From positions 65,373,326-65,437,325 of the forward strand of contig NC_090395.1 in the NCBI RefSeq assembly GCF_036365525.1: a stretch of 64,000 nt of DNA, given 5' to 3'. The position numbers and the translations under genes are program-made. The notes beneath the pieces are model-generated. The model had not been told where the DNA came from. It ran no database searches and saw only the letters and a program-made list of their open reading frames with translations. This DNA is from Heterodontus francisci. Its lineage: Eukaryota. This document shows, in pieces, positions 11,531 through 26,500 of the stretch; position 1 is the stretch's first letter; each line of letters opens with the position of its first letter.

Positions 11531-14500
11531 CTGAAGATAAAGAGTACGAAGGTGTGATTGATGGGACTGAAGTAATGAGACAATTTATCATTGAAAAACA
11601 AAAATAAAATTTCAGGTAATCTTTAATTTTAGAAAACAAACTCACTTTAAAGCATTATCAGTAAATAGGCAGTGAAATCAGTATTAAATGCAGCCACTTG
11701 AGTTAATCAGTAACTTAGTTTTTGGAAAGAATTTTAACCATTTCAGCACCGCTGTGGTACTCAAGGGATCACCAACAAGTATACCATTGGCAGAGGCTCC
11801 TTCAAAGTTTGATGTATAAAAATGCCTCAGTAGTTGAACCTGGTTGCATGAATTACAAGATCGTGTGTTTTAGCTTCATAGCTGATCTCCAACCAGTAAA
11901 AACCCAGGCCCCAAAATTCCGATTCTTGGATGCTTCTGCAACGGTTGGGGACCAGAAAAATGGGAAGGAACATCACAGCTCAAAGTTTTCCGCATGTGGA
12001 GGGTGGATAAGAGGGTAGGTTTTTCACTACTCCCCCCTGCATTCCCCACCCCCCGCCCCCCGGTCATCTCAATGTCAAGGGGGGAGCGAGCTGACGGGTT
12101 ATCCTGACAATACTGTCCATTATATCCTCAGGAGGACTCAGCAGAAGTTTCACCAGCTGAGAGCTAGTGTGATCCCCACTGAGGCCCTGGGAAAAGGCCC
12201 AAAAACTCTCCCAGCCTAAGGCAATCGATTACTTTAAGTGCCCAGTACCCCCTTATGTTACAGTTTTCAAACTTCTCTTTACAGGCATTGGTGGCCCACC
12301 TTGAAGATACAGCAAACTCCATGCCTGGGATTTGTGATGGGTTCTAAGTCTTTCTCCATGATAGGAACATGGGAACAGGAGTAGGCCATCTATCCCCTTG
12401 AGTCTGATCCACCATTTTTTGTATTCAATTCATGTGATGTGGGCATCACTGCCAATCTAAACCAAAATCTATCATTTATTAACCTGTCCCTAATTGCCCT
12501 TGAGAAGCCTTCTTGAGCTGCTGGAGCCCATTTTTTTTTGCACCAGTTTTGTGCAACTGAATGTCTAGGCCATTTCAGAGAGGAGCTAAGAGACAGCCAC
12601 ATTGAGTTGGGTTTGGAGTCACAAACAGCGGAGACTGGGTAAGACTGGGTAAGAATGGCAGATTTCCTTCCCTAGAGGACATTCTTGAACCAGATGAGTT
12701 TTTACAACATTCAATGTTGTAGTTTCATGGTCCCCATTACTGATACTAGCTTTTTATTCCAAGTTTATTTAATTCACTAAATTTAAGTTCCTCAGCTGCT
12801 GTGGTGGAATTTGAACTCATATTTCTGGATCATTAAATGAGATCTCATGGTGGATCTGTGGCATAACTCCATATACCTTACTTTGCCTGATATCCTGTCA
12901 TGCAGGCCCCCACCTGCCAAGAATGAGGCACATTAATTTCACCAGATGGACATTAAATTTCAAATTGTTCCATATTCCTATGGAAGAAGAGAAGGCCTGT
13001 AACAAGGGGTTGCCAGGCCCCTGGCTGGAAAGACATTTTTGCACATTAACAGACAGTGTTTGGGAACAAAGGAGCTATCCCCTGCTCCAATACAATCCAC
13101 AAACAGACATGGTCAGACCAGTTAGTCACACGACTAACCTGCTTGGCAGTCTTTTTTTTCTGAATTGTACAGTTTTTTAAACTGGGAGTCTGGAGAAAGC
13201 TGTTTTGTTCCTGGTTTGAAAAAACCTCTCCTGGCTGACTCGCCACAGCCTCTCCTGTCTGCTCCCATCTCTTTCTCACGGAACTCCAAAAAACAACTGA
13301 AGACACATGAACCCCAAGAGAGAAACGTCTCCTACAGTGAACAAGTTTAAGAAGAATATTGGGCCCCAATGAAAAGCAAGATCTACCTACAAACAAGGAC
13401 TCTACAGTGAGCTCGAAGAGCGATAACAAAAACTCTTCAGATATTGTCTCAAACCTTTCCACTTTATTTGTCCTCTGCTCTTTCTGTCCCTATTCTGTAT
13501 GTGTGTAAGCGTATGCATGGTAGCATGGGCGCATCGTATATCCATAGGCGTTAACTGAATTAGAGTTTAAGTTTAATAAAATGTCACCTTTCTTCCTTAA
13601 ACCTAAGAAAGCCTGTTTGTGCTAGTTTCTTTGACTTATGTTCAGAGATACAGCACTGAAACAGGCCCTTCGGCCCACCGAGTCTGTGCCGAACATCAAC
13701 CACCCATTTATACTAATCCTGCACTAATCCCATATTCCTATCACATCCCCACCTGTCCCTATATATTTCCCTACCACCTACCTATACTAGGGGCAATTTA
13801 TAATGGCCAATTAACCTATCAACCTGCAAGTCTTTGGCATGTGGGAGGAAACCGGAGCACCCGGAGGAAACCCACGCAGACACAGGGAGAACTTGCAAAC
13901 TCCGCACAGGCAGTACCCAGAATCGAACCCAGGTCCCTGGAGCTGTGAGGTGCTAACCACTGCGCCACTGTGCCGCCCCAATTATAACTTATAATTGGAA
14001 AGTGGTGAACAAGGATTGACCAAGGGTGCGCTAATAACAGTGTGTTTAAAAATAAAACCCTGTTACAGTAAGACTAGGTGAAGGCTGAAAGGGAACCCCT
14101 AGACCTCTTTCTCACCTGGTTGTAACAATCCCTTCATAGCTCTGGTTAACAAAAATCTATCAACCTCAGATTTAACATTAACAATTGATCTAGCATCAAC
14201 TGCCATTTGCAGAGGAGCGTTCCAAGATTCCCCATCTTTTATATGTAGAACAGTTTCCTAACTTAATTTCCATAAGGTTGGCTCCAATTTTTAGGCTATA
14301 TTCACATGTCCTTTACTTCCCAAATAGCGGAAATTGTTTCTCTCTATCTACCTTATCAGTTTCCCTTAATATCTTGAAACACACCATGTTCAGGTCTTGC
14401 TGTGCCTCACTAGTATGGGACGGGGGAAGCGGGTGGGTGGAGGTTGTGTGGGTTGGAAATTGGAATTTGGTCCTACCCATAGTTTTTCTAACCTGTCCCC

Positions 14501-17500
14501 CACATACATTATGAAAAATGGGAGCCAGTCAGAAATAAAAAAACAGGTAGTTAAGAGGTTTAAAGCTACATTTTATAAGGGTAAAAGGCTAGATCTCATT
14601 AGGTTAAAAAAGGGAATTAAATTTAGAAATTGGACAAGGAATGAGAAGACGGGAAAATAGTGAGGACAGAAAGAGCAAATTTAAAGTATTATCTTTCTTG
14701 CTGTTAATTGAAATAATTTTTTCATTTCAGTTAACCTTGACATCTCTGTACAGGAACAATGCAAAAGGGAATACTGACTGGCAGAATTTAAAATAAAACA
14801 GTTTTATACTTTTAATTTAAATTCTGATTCAAGTATTCCCTTTTAGCTGTTCCCCAATCACAAATATCAAGGTTAGATAGAACATAAGTTCTACCCCAAA
14901 AAAGCACATAAAATTATGAAGTTCTCACAGCTGCCTTGAGATTACACTGCAGAATTATAGGTACGAACATTTATTTGAAGCTTCTTTGCTAGCTATTTTC
15001 ATCAGTTAACACCACCACTAAAATGGCAGAGAATGCTACCGATATCGGAACTTGCTCCAAGTGGCATTCACCCACCAGCCCTGTGCTCGCTGACCTACAA
15101 TGGCTTTGGATACGGCAACACCTCAAATTTTAAAATTCTCATTCTTGTTTTCAAATGTGTCCTTGACTTCACCCTTCCCTATCTCTGTAACCTCCTCCAG
15201 TCCTACAACCCTCTGAGTTCTCAGTGCCCCTCAATTCTGGCCTTGTTCATATCCCCGATGTTCATCACTTCACCATTGGTGGCTGCGCCTTCACATATGT
15301 GGCTCAGTGTCAAATTTTATTTGATAACACTCCTGTGAAGCGCCTTGGGACCTTTTACTATGGTGAAGGTCCTACATAAATGCAAGTTGTTGTTGTAGAG
15401 AGAAGAATTTGAGATGAATGCATAAAGTGTGTGTATTTATTATCCCAACACATCACTTCACAGACAGTAGATTCCACAGGCATTAAACCAGCCAGTATTG
15501 TCAAGAGGTTGCAGCCTTACCACAGAGTTTGACTTTGGAATAGAATTTTCTATTGTTGATTCCTTCTCTTTGTAGTCTAAAAAATGCAAACATAAAGGTA
15601 ATTAATAAAGCCATTGAAAGCAGCAGGAGGATTTAACATCTGATTGTTTTTGTGTTGTATTAAATGCCATTTAGGAAAAAAAAAATTGCACTTTTTAATA
15701 TTCTCAATTCAACATTAGGTGAAAAACTGGGATAAGTGAGAGTACTGTGGTAATTTTGTTCAATCATTGGGCTATACTTCATGAGTAGCTGACAACTTGA
15801 GCTATTGGGTAACAGTTAAAACCTTGCATTACAATAATTTATTACATAAGAAAACATTAACATCAAACATGGGTTTATATCAGTTACTTATTGTTAGGTA
15901 AAATGCTTCCAGTTTGTGTCAAGCAGTAATTTTTTTGATATATTCTGATAATATTTCACATTCAATCATCTTTTATTAACTTCAAATTGAACACAATTAA
16001 TTTTATGTTTAGCTATTGGTAAAATTGTTCCTACCTATTTTTGTATGCATTAACTAATTGATCTCCTGTGGCATTTCTCTTGGACAAAAGTGGAAAAGAA
16101 AGGTTTTAGTCCTCCTGTAACTGTGTCTCTGCTTGTCTTCCAAGGATAGGTTTTAAAGGTTTCACTGGTGAAGATTCATTTCCCGTTTATGGGAACTGAC
16201 CAGTTTCTATCTCCATTGGGGTCAATGGAAATGAAAAGTAGACGGTTTCTAACATGGGCAGCAGATCCACAACACTAGTTTTACACCCGGGCGGTGAGTT
16301 GCAAATTTGTTCCTGCTAAACTGTGCATGTGCTGTGGCTGTGCAGCAGCCTGGAAGGTACCGCACAGGCCTTGTTCCATGTTAACGTAGCTGTGCAAAAT
16401 AATTTAAAGGTATTGCACATTGAATAAACTGGCCACGCACAACAACAAAATTTAACAGAGAACATTGTCCCCAGTCTTTAATTCTTTCTATTCCCACTTT
16501 GTCATTCCGTTTGCTTTCTACTCTTTGAGTCTCCTTTTTATACCCTTCAGGTTCTCGTACACTTTCACTTGCTGTTGTCTTCCAATCTCTTTGCCTGTCT
16601 CTGATGCTTTGTTTCATTTTTTTCTCTCTCTTTATGTTAGAAAAAAAGTAGATTTTTTTTTTCACATAAATCTCAAATGCCTTCCTGTGATTCATTCAGA
16701 TTTGGTACAGCAATAAATAAGAGTGTTGCTGCAAAGGTTTTGTCAACAAATATGCTTATATATTTGCAGATGTTACTTTACATCATTTAATACTTGGATA
16801 TTGTCCTTACAGAATTATGCCAGGGAGTTTGTAATTCAACAGAACCATTGGAAAGCTTATATGTTTAATTACATATGTATCCACCCAGAAAACCTGCAAA
16901 AAAATGACTCATGGCATCTAAAAAGCTGACGGACATAAATATATATCTTATGACGCACAAACTTCTCATAACTTAAGCTGCAAGCTTAACTTTTATTGCA
17001 AACCTAACCTATTCCCAGCTCCTTCCAGGCACACGTCAATGCTGACTTATGGTAATGCTGCCATGGAATGTAAAACAGTTGTACTCTTCTCACAATCACC
17101 TCACATGTTCACCTTCATATTGGTAGCCAAAAAACAGGGGAGGGAGGGCAATAGGGAGGGTAATTTTTATGCTCTCCCTGCAGTGGGTTTGGAGGTAGGG
17201 AGAGCACAAAGTTGGATGGGATTGTGGCAGGGGTGTTCCTGCCACTATCCCGCTTCTGCCAAAATTTAGTCTGGGGCGGGAAGGCCTGTGAATGGCCTTC
17301 CTGCCTGCCGCCAATTGAGGCCCTTAACTGGGCAATAAACACCCGCCCCAAGGGCCTCTTCCCACCACAGCCACAATTAGCCGTGTGGCGAGTGGCCATG
17401 ACACCACATGGGAAGCATGCGCGACAAACCATGTGGGTTGCTTCCTGGCTCTGTTGGAGTGAGGGTTCCCTCGTTAAAAGGACTTTGTGCCTGAATGATG

Positions 17501-20500
17501 GACCCGGCATTGGGAAGGGGTGGGGGGGGGGGGTGGTGGGCCTGATGAGGGCCCCCCCCCCCCGCCCTTGCTGCCCACCCTCCTCCCCTGGGATTCCCAC
17601 CTCGCGAGACACCTCCCACTCTGACCTACCGGAGGTCTGGTTCACGTGACATTCCTCGGCCTCTGGTAGGTGCAGCTACCGCAGCAGTCACTGTTTCCAC
17701 CGTGGCTGATGCTGCAGCTACTGCCCTCTGATTGGCTGGCAGCTCTGCAAGGACGGGACTTCTGGCGATGGGGTCCTTGATCCTGTGGAAGGCCCACCGC
17801 TGTCCACTTAAAGTGCCTGTTTGGCACTTAATTCGACAGGCCTTCCGGAGAAGAGGTGACATGAGGATCTCGGTGTTGGTTACTCGGGACCCCCGCCGCC
17901 AGGATAAAATTCCTGTCAGAGAGTCAAGTGTGGTCTGATCTATCACTTATCTGTAAGGGGTTACCCTGTTCCCTCATTTATGCCTCTCCCCCTGTCGCCC
18001 TGGCAAAAGCTGTCAATGGATTAAGATACCTTTTTCTTTGAGCCAATGGTTGTAAGAATATTTGACTTACTATGCTGTGACATCCCTTTAATTGACTGCA
18101 TCCCTTTGAATTCCACTCCACACCCATTCAAATCTTCACCTGGAGCTGTGAATGGTTAAGCACAAAGGCGGAGCCACAGAAATTGAGTGCCATCAACAGA
18201 TTATCATTCTGGTGAAATTTGTACTGGTGAACCAATGTATATTAATTATATGGAAATTGGCTCTATTAACTGGTCACTCGTTTAATTTGCAGTTTGCATG
18301 GCCTTGCTGTGTACCCCCTGTCCTATTTAAGAACAATGACGATAGTTCATAAGTAATTCATGGAGTGTGAAATATCTCAGGATGTCCTGAGGACGCTGTA
18401 TAAAATGAAACTCTTTTCATTGTCTAGATGCTTTTAGAGTTGAGGATTATTTGCCTGATTTAATTATTCTACAACTGAATCTAACTGTTAATAGTATAAC
18501 AAATATGAAATTACTAGTGATTCCACATGAGATTATCTAATTAGATGATAGTTTTATTTACAAAGGAATCATTTAGTATTTGATAGCTCATTCATCTTGC
18601 TCTTGATATTTGTTTGAGTAATTATAATTGTTTCACTTCATCATTCGGTACCAAACTGAAACAGTCTCTTGATTTGCAGCACTGAAATGATAGAGAAAAT
18701 ACAGACAAGTGGTCCTTTTAATTAAGAAATAAAATCACCTTTGTGTTGCTAACATGGCTCCCGAGCATTTTAAAATCGTCAGAAAGAAACAATACACATT
18801 GCTATGTGCCATATACAAATTGCTACAATGTTACTGGCAATCCTGTCACCATTATATTATGCTGAATGGACAGAGCAACAGAGTTCCTATTCTTCGAAAC
18901 AGATAAAGCAAGTACCGTCACTTTTGGCTGACTGCTTTGCTGAGATTGGTGCTAGGTTGAAATAAAAATATGAGGAGATTTCTATCCTGACAAGATGTAT
19001 GTACTGCTGAAATGCAGGTGCAGGTAGCACCTCAACCATAAATCAAGACATGGTCCATTAAAAGTTGTTCCACGTCACGCGGCTGGTTTTTGTTTAGTTT
19101 CTTTGAAAGATGGATTTACTTTGTTGCATGAAGATTAGTTTCATTTCTGAACTTACCATTACCTTTGTGCTTTCTTATTTTTTTGATAACTAGGATCACG
19201 AGTCCAAGAAGCATCACCGTCAAAACTCCAAAGATTAGTCCGAGTGTTAGGAAAAGTCTTGGTGGTTTATGAAAAAGAGAGAGAAATTATATGAATACAG
19301 GGATAGGCATAATCAGGCACATATGGGCCATGCATGGTAATGCAACATTTTCAATATCTGCCATATCTCCCAGATGATATTACAGGGCAATGGAGTGGAT
19401 TATTATCCAATGTCACTGAATTAATGGACCAACTATGATAGTTTAATAACAGATGAAAGGTGATCAAACTGAAACGTTAACTCTGTTTTTTTCTCCACAG
19501 ATGCTGCCTGACTTGCTGAGTGTTTCCAGCGTTTCCTGTTTTTATTGTAGAATATTTTAATCCTTAAAATTATTACAAGCTGTGATGCTGAAACAAATAC
19601 TCTCATTACAGATAATGCTAAAATTAACCTTGTTACTATAACATTAACCCTACATAACCAAAGTAGTGTCTTGAATACAGATTTCTTTTGCTCCACCATT
19701 AGCTGACATACCTTCAGCTGTCTAGGTCCTAAGTTCTGGAATTTCTTTCCTAAACCTGACCACGTCTTTACCACATCTCTCCTTTAAGTCGCTCTGTAAA
19801 ACGTAGCTCTTTCGCTAAGCTTTTGGTCACTTCTCTTATCTCTTTATGCGGCTCAGTGTCCAATTTTGTCTGATGATACTCGTGTGAAGTGCCTTGTGAT
19901 GTTTTACTACATTAAAGGTGTTATATAAATGCAAGTTGTTGTAATGGATGTTAAATTATAAAAAAAGAATTTACTATTGCTTGTCCTGTTGTCCCTTCCC
20001 CAAACCTCCACCCGACCCCAACAAGTCTTTCTCCTCTTTCTCTTTGTCTCCTATTTTTAACATTCTAATTCTGCACCTTTATTTCTAATCCCTTATGGAT
20101 TAAAATTCTAGCAGGGCTGTCCCAAACTCCCCGCAAAACCTTGGTAGATGATCAGAGGATGCCCTGGAGAAACAGCGCAAACCTCTTTTAAAAAATGAAT
20201 TGTTTAAAAAAAAAATTGACCTACCTTTCTGAGCCTCTTGGTCCCATCATTCAGTACACAGAAAACGGAACCACACCAGCATGCAAATGGCTTTACTAAA
20301 ACTTGGAAAATGCCGTGTGGCAAATACCACACAACATGCTTTTCTAATACTGTCACAAAACAAAGAGAAGGGCTAAACTTCCCAAAGTTCTCCACGACTG
20401 ATAGTTTGCCTTGCATCATGTCTGGGTCTGCTGTAGACTAATTGATAGAGATTGATTGCTATTATTAGTTATTGTACTGTGGGATTGCCAGGATAGTAGA

Positions 20501-23500
20501 AGCCAAACAAGGTGGATCTTGGTCTTTTTTTGTTTAGCAATTCCTATGTTCCTAAACTCAGGCTACATTATATCACTTGCAGGCAATGAAAACGGCGTGT
20601 GTATTGACTGCAAAGTCTTCAACCACTTAACACTGATATTCCTCCAATACTTAGACCAGAAGTATCAAGAAAGCCCCTATATTGACTTACTTCTGTAGGC
20701 ATAAAACAATTAAACATTTTAAGTCATATGACTTAGTCACTTAACCATTGTGTAAACAGAACATCCATGAACCCCAGTCTAACATACTTTAAGTTACTCT
20801 CGAGCCATGCAGTGGATAGGGCTCGTTGCATGAATATCGAATCACACTGAAACCCAGGGAAAGCACTTCAATCAACGTATATCTGTTAAATCACAAAATT
20901 GTCTTCCCATTGCAAACTGTTATGATGTTAAATCGAGTTACAGTGAAGATTATAAGTGCTTTTGGTCAAAGATATTTCAGTTTTCAGATGTGGTTGACAT
21001 GTAAAATACTGAATTAATGATATGTTATGAAAGCTACATTTCCCTAAAGCTCATAATTATACATGTCGCAAAAAAAACCTAACAATTACACTTTTATAAA
21101 GCGTATTCGTGTCATTTTAAGTTATTTTTCTGGTTTATTTTTAAATTCTCATCCTTTTCAAATCACTCCATCTCCTTGCCCCTCCCTATCTTTGTAAACT
21201 CCTGCAACTCCTCAACCCTCCGAGATATCTGCGCACCTCCAATTCTGGCCTCTTGAGCATCCCCAATTTAAATCTCTCCACCAGTGGCAGCCGTGCCTTC
21301 AGCTGCCAAGGCGCTAAGCTTTGGAATTCCCTCCCTATACCTCTCTGCCTCTCTTTTAAGATGCTCATTGAAACATACTGCTTTTACCAAGCTTTTGGTC
21401 ATCTGCCCTAATATCTCCTTATGTGACTTGATGTCAAATTCTGCTTGATAAAGCTCCTATGAAGTGCCTTGGGATATTTTACTATGTTAAAATGCTAATC
21501 AACGATAAGTTATTGTTGTACTGGCAAGAGTTTGAGAAACCCATAATAGGTAAAATCACACAGCTGATAACTCCTATCTCTTGAGTTTCTGCTAGTTATG
21601 GGGATAATTCTTTGTTCATCCGGAGCAAATAGGAATATTGGATTAGTGCTACCCACCATTTTCTGACCAATTATTTCAATTTCCAATGCATGCCGTGTTC
21701 TCACTAGCACTACAGACTTGTAATGTACTGCCTTAGAGTTAGAATTAGTTACGTGAAGGCCATAAACACATGAATTGTGTCTCACTGACTTGATCTGTGC
21801 TGAGAAACTGAAATAACTCAAAGACTATCGCAAATTTCACATCCTAGTTATCTTTGTCATCCCGCTATATATGAGCTAAAATAATTCCACTAAATTTGCT
21901 TGGCACATACATAATTACGCTGAATCTTACGTATTCACTGAGGCATTATTACTGGATGCAAACTGATACAATTGTACAGGACTGTGAGGTTGTATGTTAA
22001 AAAGGTGCCTTTTCATTGATGGCAGCTGTGTTTGAATCAAACTCAAACTGATGGAAAGAAGATCTCCTCTCCTTGTCTACTCTAAAGGTTTGGATTTGAG
22101 TAGTCTTATCTCAGTCCACAATGGACAAAGGTCAATGGCACAATGCCACCCATAATTCAGCACCTGTTGACAATTCATTGGCAGTTAGGCCACAAGAGTT
22201 GTTGGAGGCAAATGAAAACTGGTGGAGTAGGAGGTTGTCTTCTGGGTCCAAGAGGGGGAATTTCCTCAGCGCTGTTGATTCATCAACAATCTTATTCACA
22301 CGTGAAAACGGGGGTTTTCTGCTCAGCCTCTCCCAAGGTTACACCGGTAGAATGTGGGAAGCACCCAGGAAATTCACCCCCATTGTTTCAAGCACAATGT
22401 TAGGTTGGTGCTGGAGCTGAGAATTACATTCATTCTAAAGTACCGACATTCCCCATTTGGCAGAAACAGTTACCTGAACTTTGCCAGAGAAGTAAATGCA
22501 CAATCTCTCATATGGCAGTCGGACATTTCACATTATTGTACTTGTGCAGAAATAAAACAAATGCTCAGAGTACATCAGTTCAAAAACATTTGACATTTAC
22601 CTTAATCTTTCCTTGTCCTTAGGAAATAGGTTTTGATCTGTTAAAAATGATGTATCAAAATATTATTTGATTATTTACTAGCCTTGTGTGAAAGATTCAC
22701 TCTCAACTACCAAGATCCATTTGCAGTGATTACTGATAGAAGACTGAAATTCTGATTAGATAGATCAAAATGCAACAGGTGGTTTTTCAATATTATCCTG
22801 GCTCACTCTTAACAGAATTATAATTTTAAATCTTGGAGATTTTACAAAATATATAATAGAGCTTGCATCAAATTATATAAACTTGTGATTGTGTAAAAAT
22901 ATATCATTGAAAAATATACACACTAATAAACATACATTTGTGTCCTACCTTTAGTAACTTTGAGTTCTGTGGGACTTAATTCATCCAGAAGGTGAGGTAT
23001 TTCTATTCCACACCAGTACCACCCCTTATCGTTTGTTGTTAATCGCTCCATATGTACTGTAAGTATTCCTTTTACATTATCAGCTTTAATTTTTATTCTG
23101 TCATCATGGCTTTTCCTCTCAGCGCCTTGGGTTTGCACTAAAACAGTACAGCTTCTTCGGTAGTAACCTCTGCACCAGTACTTCTGATAACTTTTATAAT
23201 ATGTGTCAAATTTGCATGTGATATCAACTGATTTTCCCTCTGTTGCAGATTTTACTTTTGGTCCACTTATTGCAGCGTGCGTAACTGTAAATTTGAAAAT
23301 ATTTTAAAGTACAATTGTTGAACACTTCAGAGAAACATAAAAAAATTAAAATTGATGCTCCCTTGTAACTGACTCTATAACTGTTCCACTCATTTTTTTT
23401 CTGTGACCTCCTGTCTCTTTGTTTGCCTTTCATTTGCTCTGTCTGGCTGCCTCATTGTCCTTTCTGTAGCTCTCTGTCTGTTTTTTATTTACTGACTCTC

Positions 23501-26500
23501 CTCTTGCTTCGGTATTTCCCACTGTGTCTACATGGTTGTTACCAATTTACTGAGTTTTGTTTCCTTTACATTGTTGAGGACAAAGGCACACAGCCAGAAA
23601 CAAAAGTGCACTGAGTTGGCGAAGTGGATTTGGGTCAGGCAGAAGAGGTGAGATAAGGGTGGAGAGAGGCTTTCTGTAAGGTTCCAAAATACATAGGGAT
23701 TTCAGAGAAACTGGGAGATAAGTGATGAGTTGAGCTGGTATGTATCGAGGTAGAATTTATCCAAAATCAGACCCTTGTACCCTAAACTGATTGAAGTTGT
23801 ATTGGGCCGAGACTTGTGAAAGTCCCTGGTACTGGTTCAAAAAAGAACTGGTGCAACACACATGAGCGAATCTGAAACAGGAGATGCAAACTTGGGTATG
23901 ATAAGAATGATAGACTAGATAATAGAGCAGGGAAACTTACATTTTAAGAACAGAGCAAGGCGTGGGTAAAGTGACGACAGAGTACAGCTTGAACTGACAC
24001 CTAAAGGTGGAAGGCTCATGAGAGTGGATTATATAAGATTGCATAGGATATACGGCAGAGAAACAGGCCATTCAGTCCATCCGGTCTATGCTGCCATTTA
24101 TGCTCCCCTCGACCCCACTCTCATCTTTCCTCATCTAAATCTAGCGGCTCGACCCTCTATTCCCTTCTCCCTCATATGCCATACTATTCACGTCAACCAT
24201 TCCCTGTGGTAGTGAGTTCCACATTTGCACCACTCTATGGGTGAAGAATTTTTTCTAAATTACCTATTGGACTTCTTGGTGACTATTTTATATTGATGGC
24301 CTCTGGTTTTGCTCATGCCCACAAGTGGAAACTTTCTGTATCCACTCTATGAAAACCTTTCATAATTTTAAAGACCTCTATCAGGTTATCCCACAGCCTT
24401 CTCTTTTCAATAGAAAAGAGACCCAGCCTGTCAATCCTTTCCTGAGATGTATACCCATACATAATTCCCTTCTGAAAACCACGATTGAATCTGCCTCCAC
24501 CACACTCTCAGGCAGTGCATTCCAGATCTTACCTACTTGCTGTGTAAAAAATCTTTTCCTCTTGTCGCCTTTAGATCTTTGTTAATCTCTTTAAATCAAT
24601 GTCCTCTGGTTCTTAACCCTTCTGCCAATGGGGACAGCTTCCCCCTATCTACTCTGTCCAGACCCCTCATCATTTTGAACACGTCTATCAAATCTCTTCT
24701 TAATCTTCTCTTCTTTAAGGAGAACAACCCCAGCTTTTCCAACTTATCCACATAACTGAAGTTCCTCATCCATGGAATCATTCTCATTCTGAACCCTCTC
24801 TTATGCCTGCACATCTGTCCTAAAGTGTGGTGCCCAGAACTGGGCACAGTACTCCAGTTGAGGCTGAACCAGTGTTTTATAATGGTTCAGCATAACTTCC
24901 TTGTTTTTTCACTCTAGCCTCTATTTGTAAAGCCCAGGATCCCATATGCTTCTTCACCACTTTCTCAATTTGCCCTGACACCTTCAATAATTTGTGCACA
25001 TATACCCCCAGGTCTCTCTGCTCCTGCACCCCATTTAGAATTGTATCTTTTATTTTATATTGCCTTTCCTTGCTCTTCCTACCAAAATGTATAACTTCAC
25101 ACTTCTCTGCATTAAATTTCATCTGCCACGTGTCCGCCCATCCCACCAGCCTGTCTGTGTCTCTTGAAATCTAACTATCCTCCTCGCAGTTCACAATACT
25201 TTAAGTACTACAAAGATTGAAATTGTGCCCTACACACTCAAGTCTAGGACACTAATGTAGATCAAGAAAAGCAGTGATCCTGGGAAACCCCACTATGTAC
25301 CTTCCCCCAGTCCAAAAAACAACCTTTCATCACTACTAGGACCCGCATGGGTCCTAGTTATGCCTGTCTTTTTGTGGGGTATGTCAAGCATTCTTTGTTC
25401 CAGTCCTACTCAGGCCCCCTCCCCCAACTCTTTTTCCGGTACATCGATGACTGTATCGGTGCCGTTTCCTGCTCCCGCCCCGAACTGGAAAACTTTATCA
25501 ACTTTGCTTCCAGTTTCCACCCTTCTCTCACCTTTACATGGTCCACCTCTGACACTTCCCTTCCCTTCCTCGACTTCTCTGTCTCCATCTCTGGGGATAG
25601 GTTGTCTACTAATATCCATTATAAGCCCACCGAGTCCCACAGCTACCTCGACTACACTTCTTCACACCCTACCTCCTGTAAGGACTCCATTCCATTCTCC
25701 CAGTTTCTCCGTCTCCGACGCATCTGCTCTGATGATGCTACCTTCCATGACGGTGCTTCTGATATGACCTCCTTTTTCCTCAACCGAGGACTTCCCCCCA
25801 CTGTGGTTGACAGGGCCCTCAACCGTGTCCGACCCATTCCCCGCACCTCTACCCTCACCCCTTCCCCTCCCTCCCAGAACCGTGACAGGGTTCCCCTTGT
25901 CCTCACTTTTCACCCCACCAGCCTCCACATCCAAAGGATCATCCTCCGCCATTTCCGCCACCTCCAGCGTGATGCCACTACCAGTCGCATCTTCCCCTCC
26001 CTTCCCCTGTCAGCATTCCGAAGGGATCGTTCCCTCGGCGACACCCTGGTCCACTCCTCCATTACCCCCACCACCTCGTCCCTGTCCCATGGCACCTTCC
26101 CCTGCAATCGCAGGAGGTGTAATACCTGCCCATTTACCTCCTCTCTCCTCACTATCCCAGGCCCCAAATACTCCTTTCAGGTGAAGCAGCGATTTACTTG
26201 TAGTTCTTTCAATGTAGTATACTGTATTCGCTGCTCACAATGTGGTCTCCTCTACATTGGGGAGACCAAGCGCAGACTGGGTGACCGCTTTGCGGAACAT
26301 CTCCGCTCAGTCCGTAAGCAGGACCCTGAGCTTCCGGTTGCTTGCCATTTCAACACTCCCCCCTGCTCTCATGCTCACATCTCTGTCCTGGGATTGCTGC
26401 AGTGTTCCAGTGAACATCAACGCAAGCTCGAGGAACAGCATCTCATTTACCGATTAGGCACACCACAGCCTGCCGGACTGAACATTGAGTTCAATAATTT

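Noticed and set aside
17115-17946. ORFs of 106-176 aa
   Set aside because: They lie inside a GC-rich MITE and carry no protein motifs
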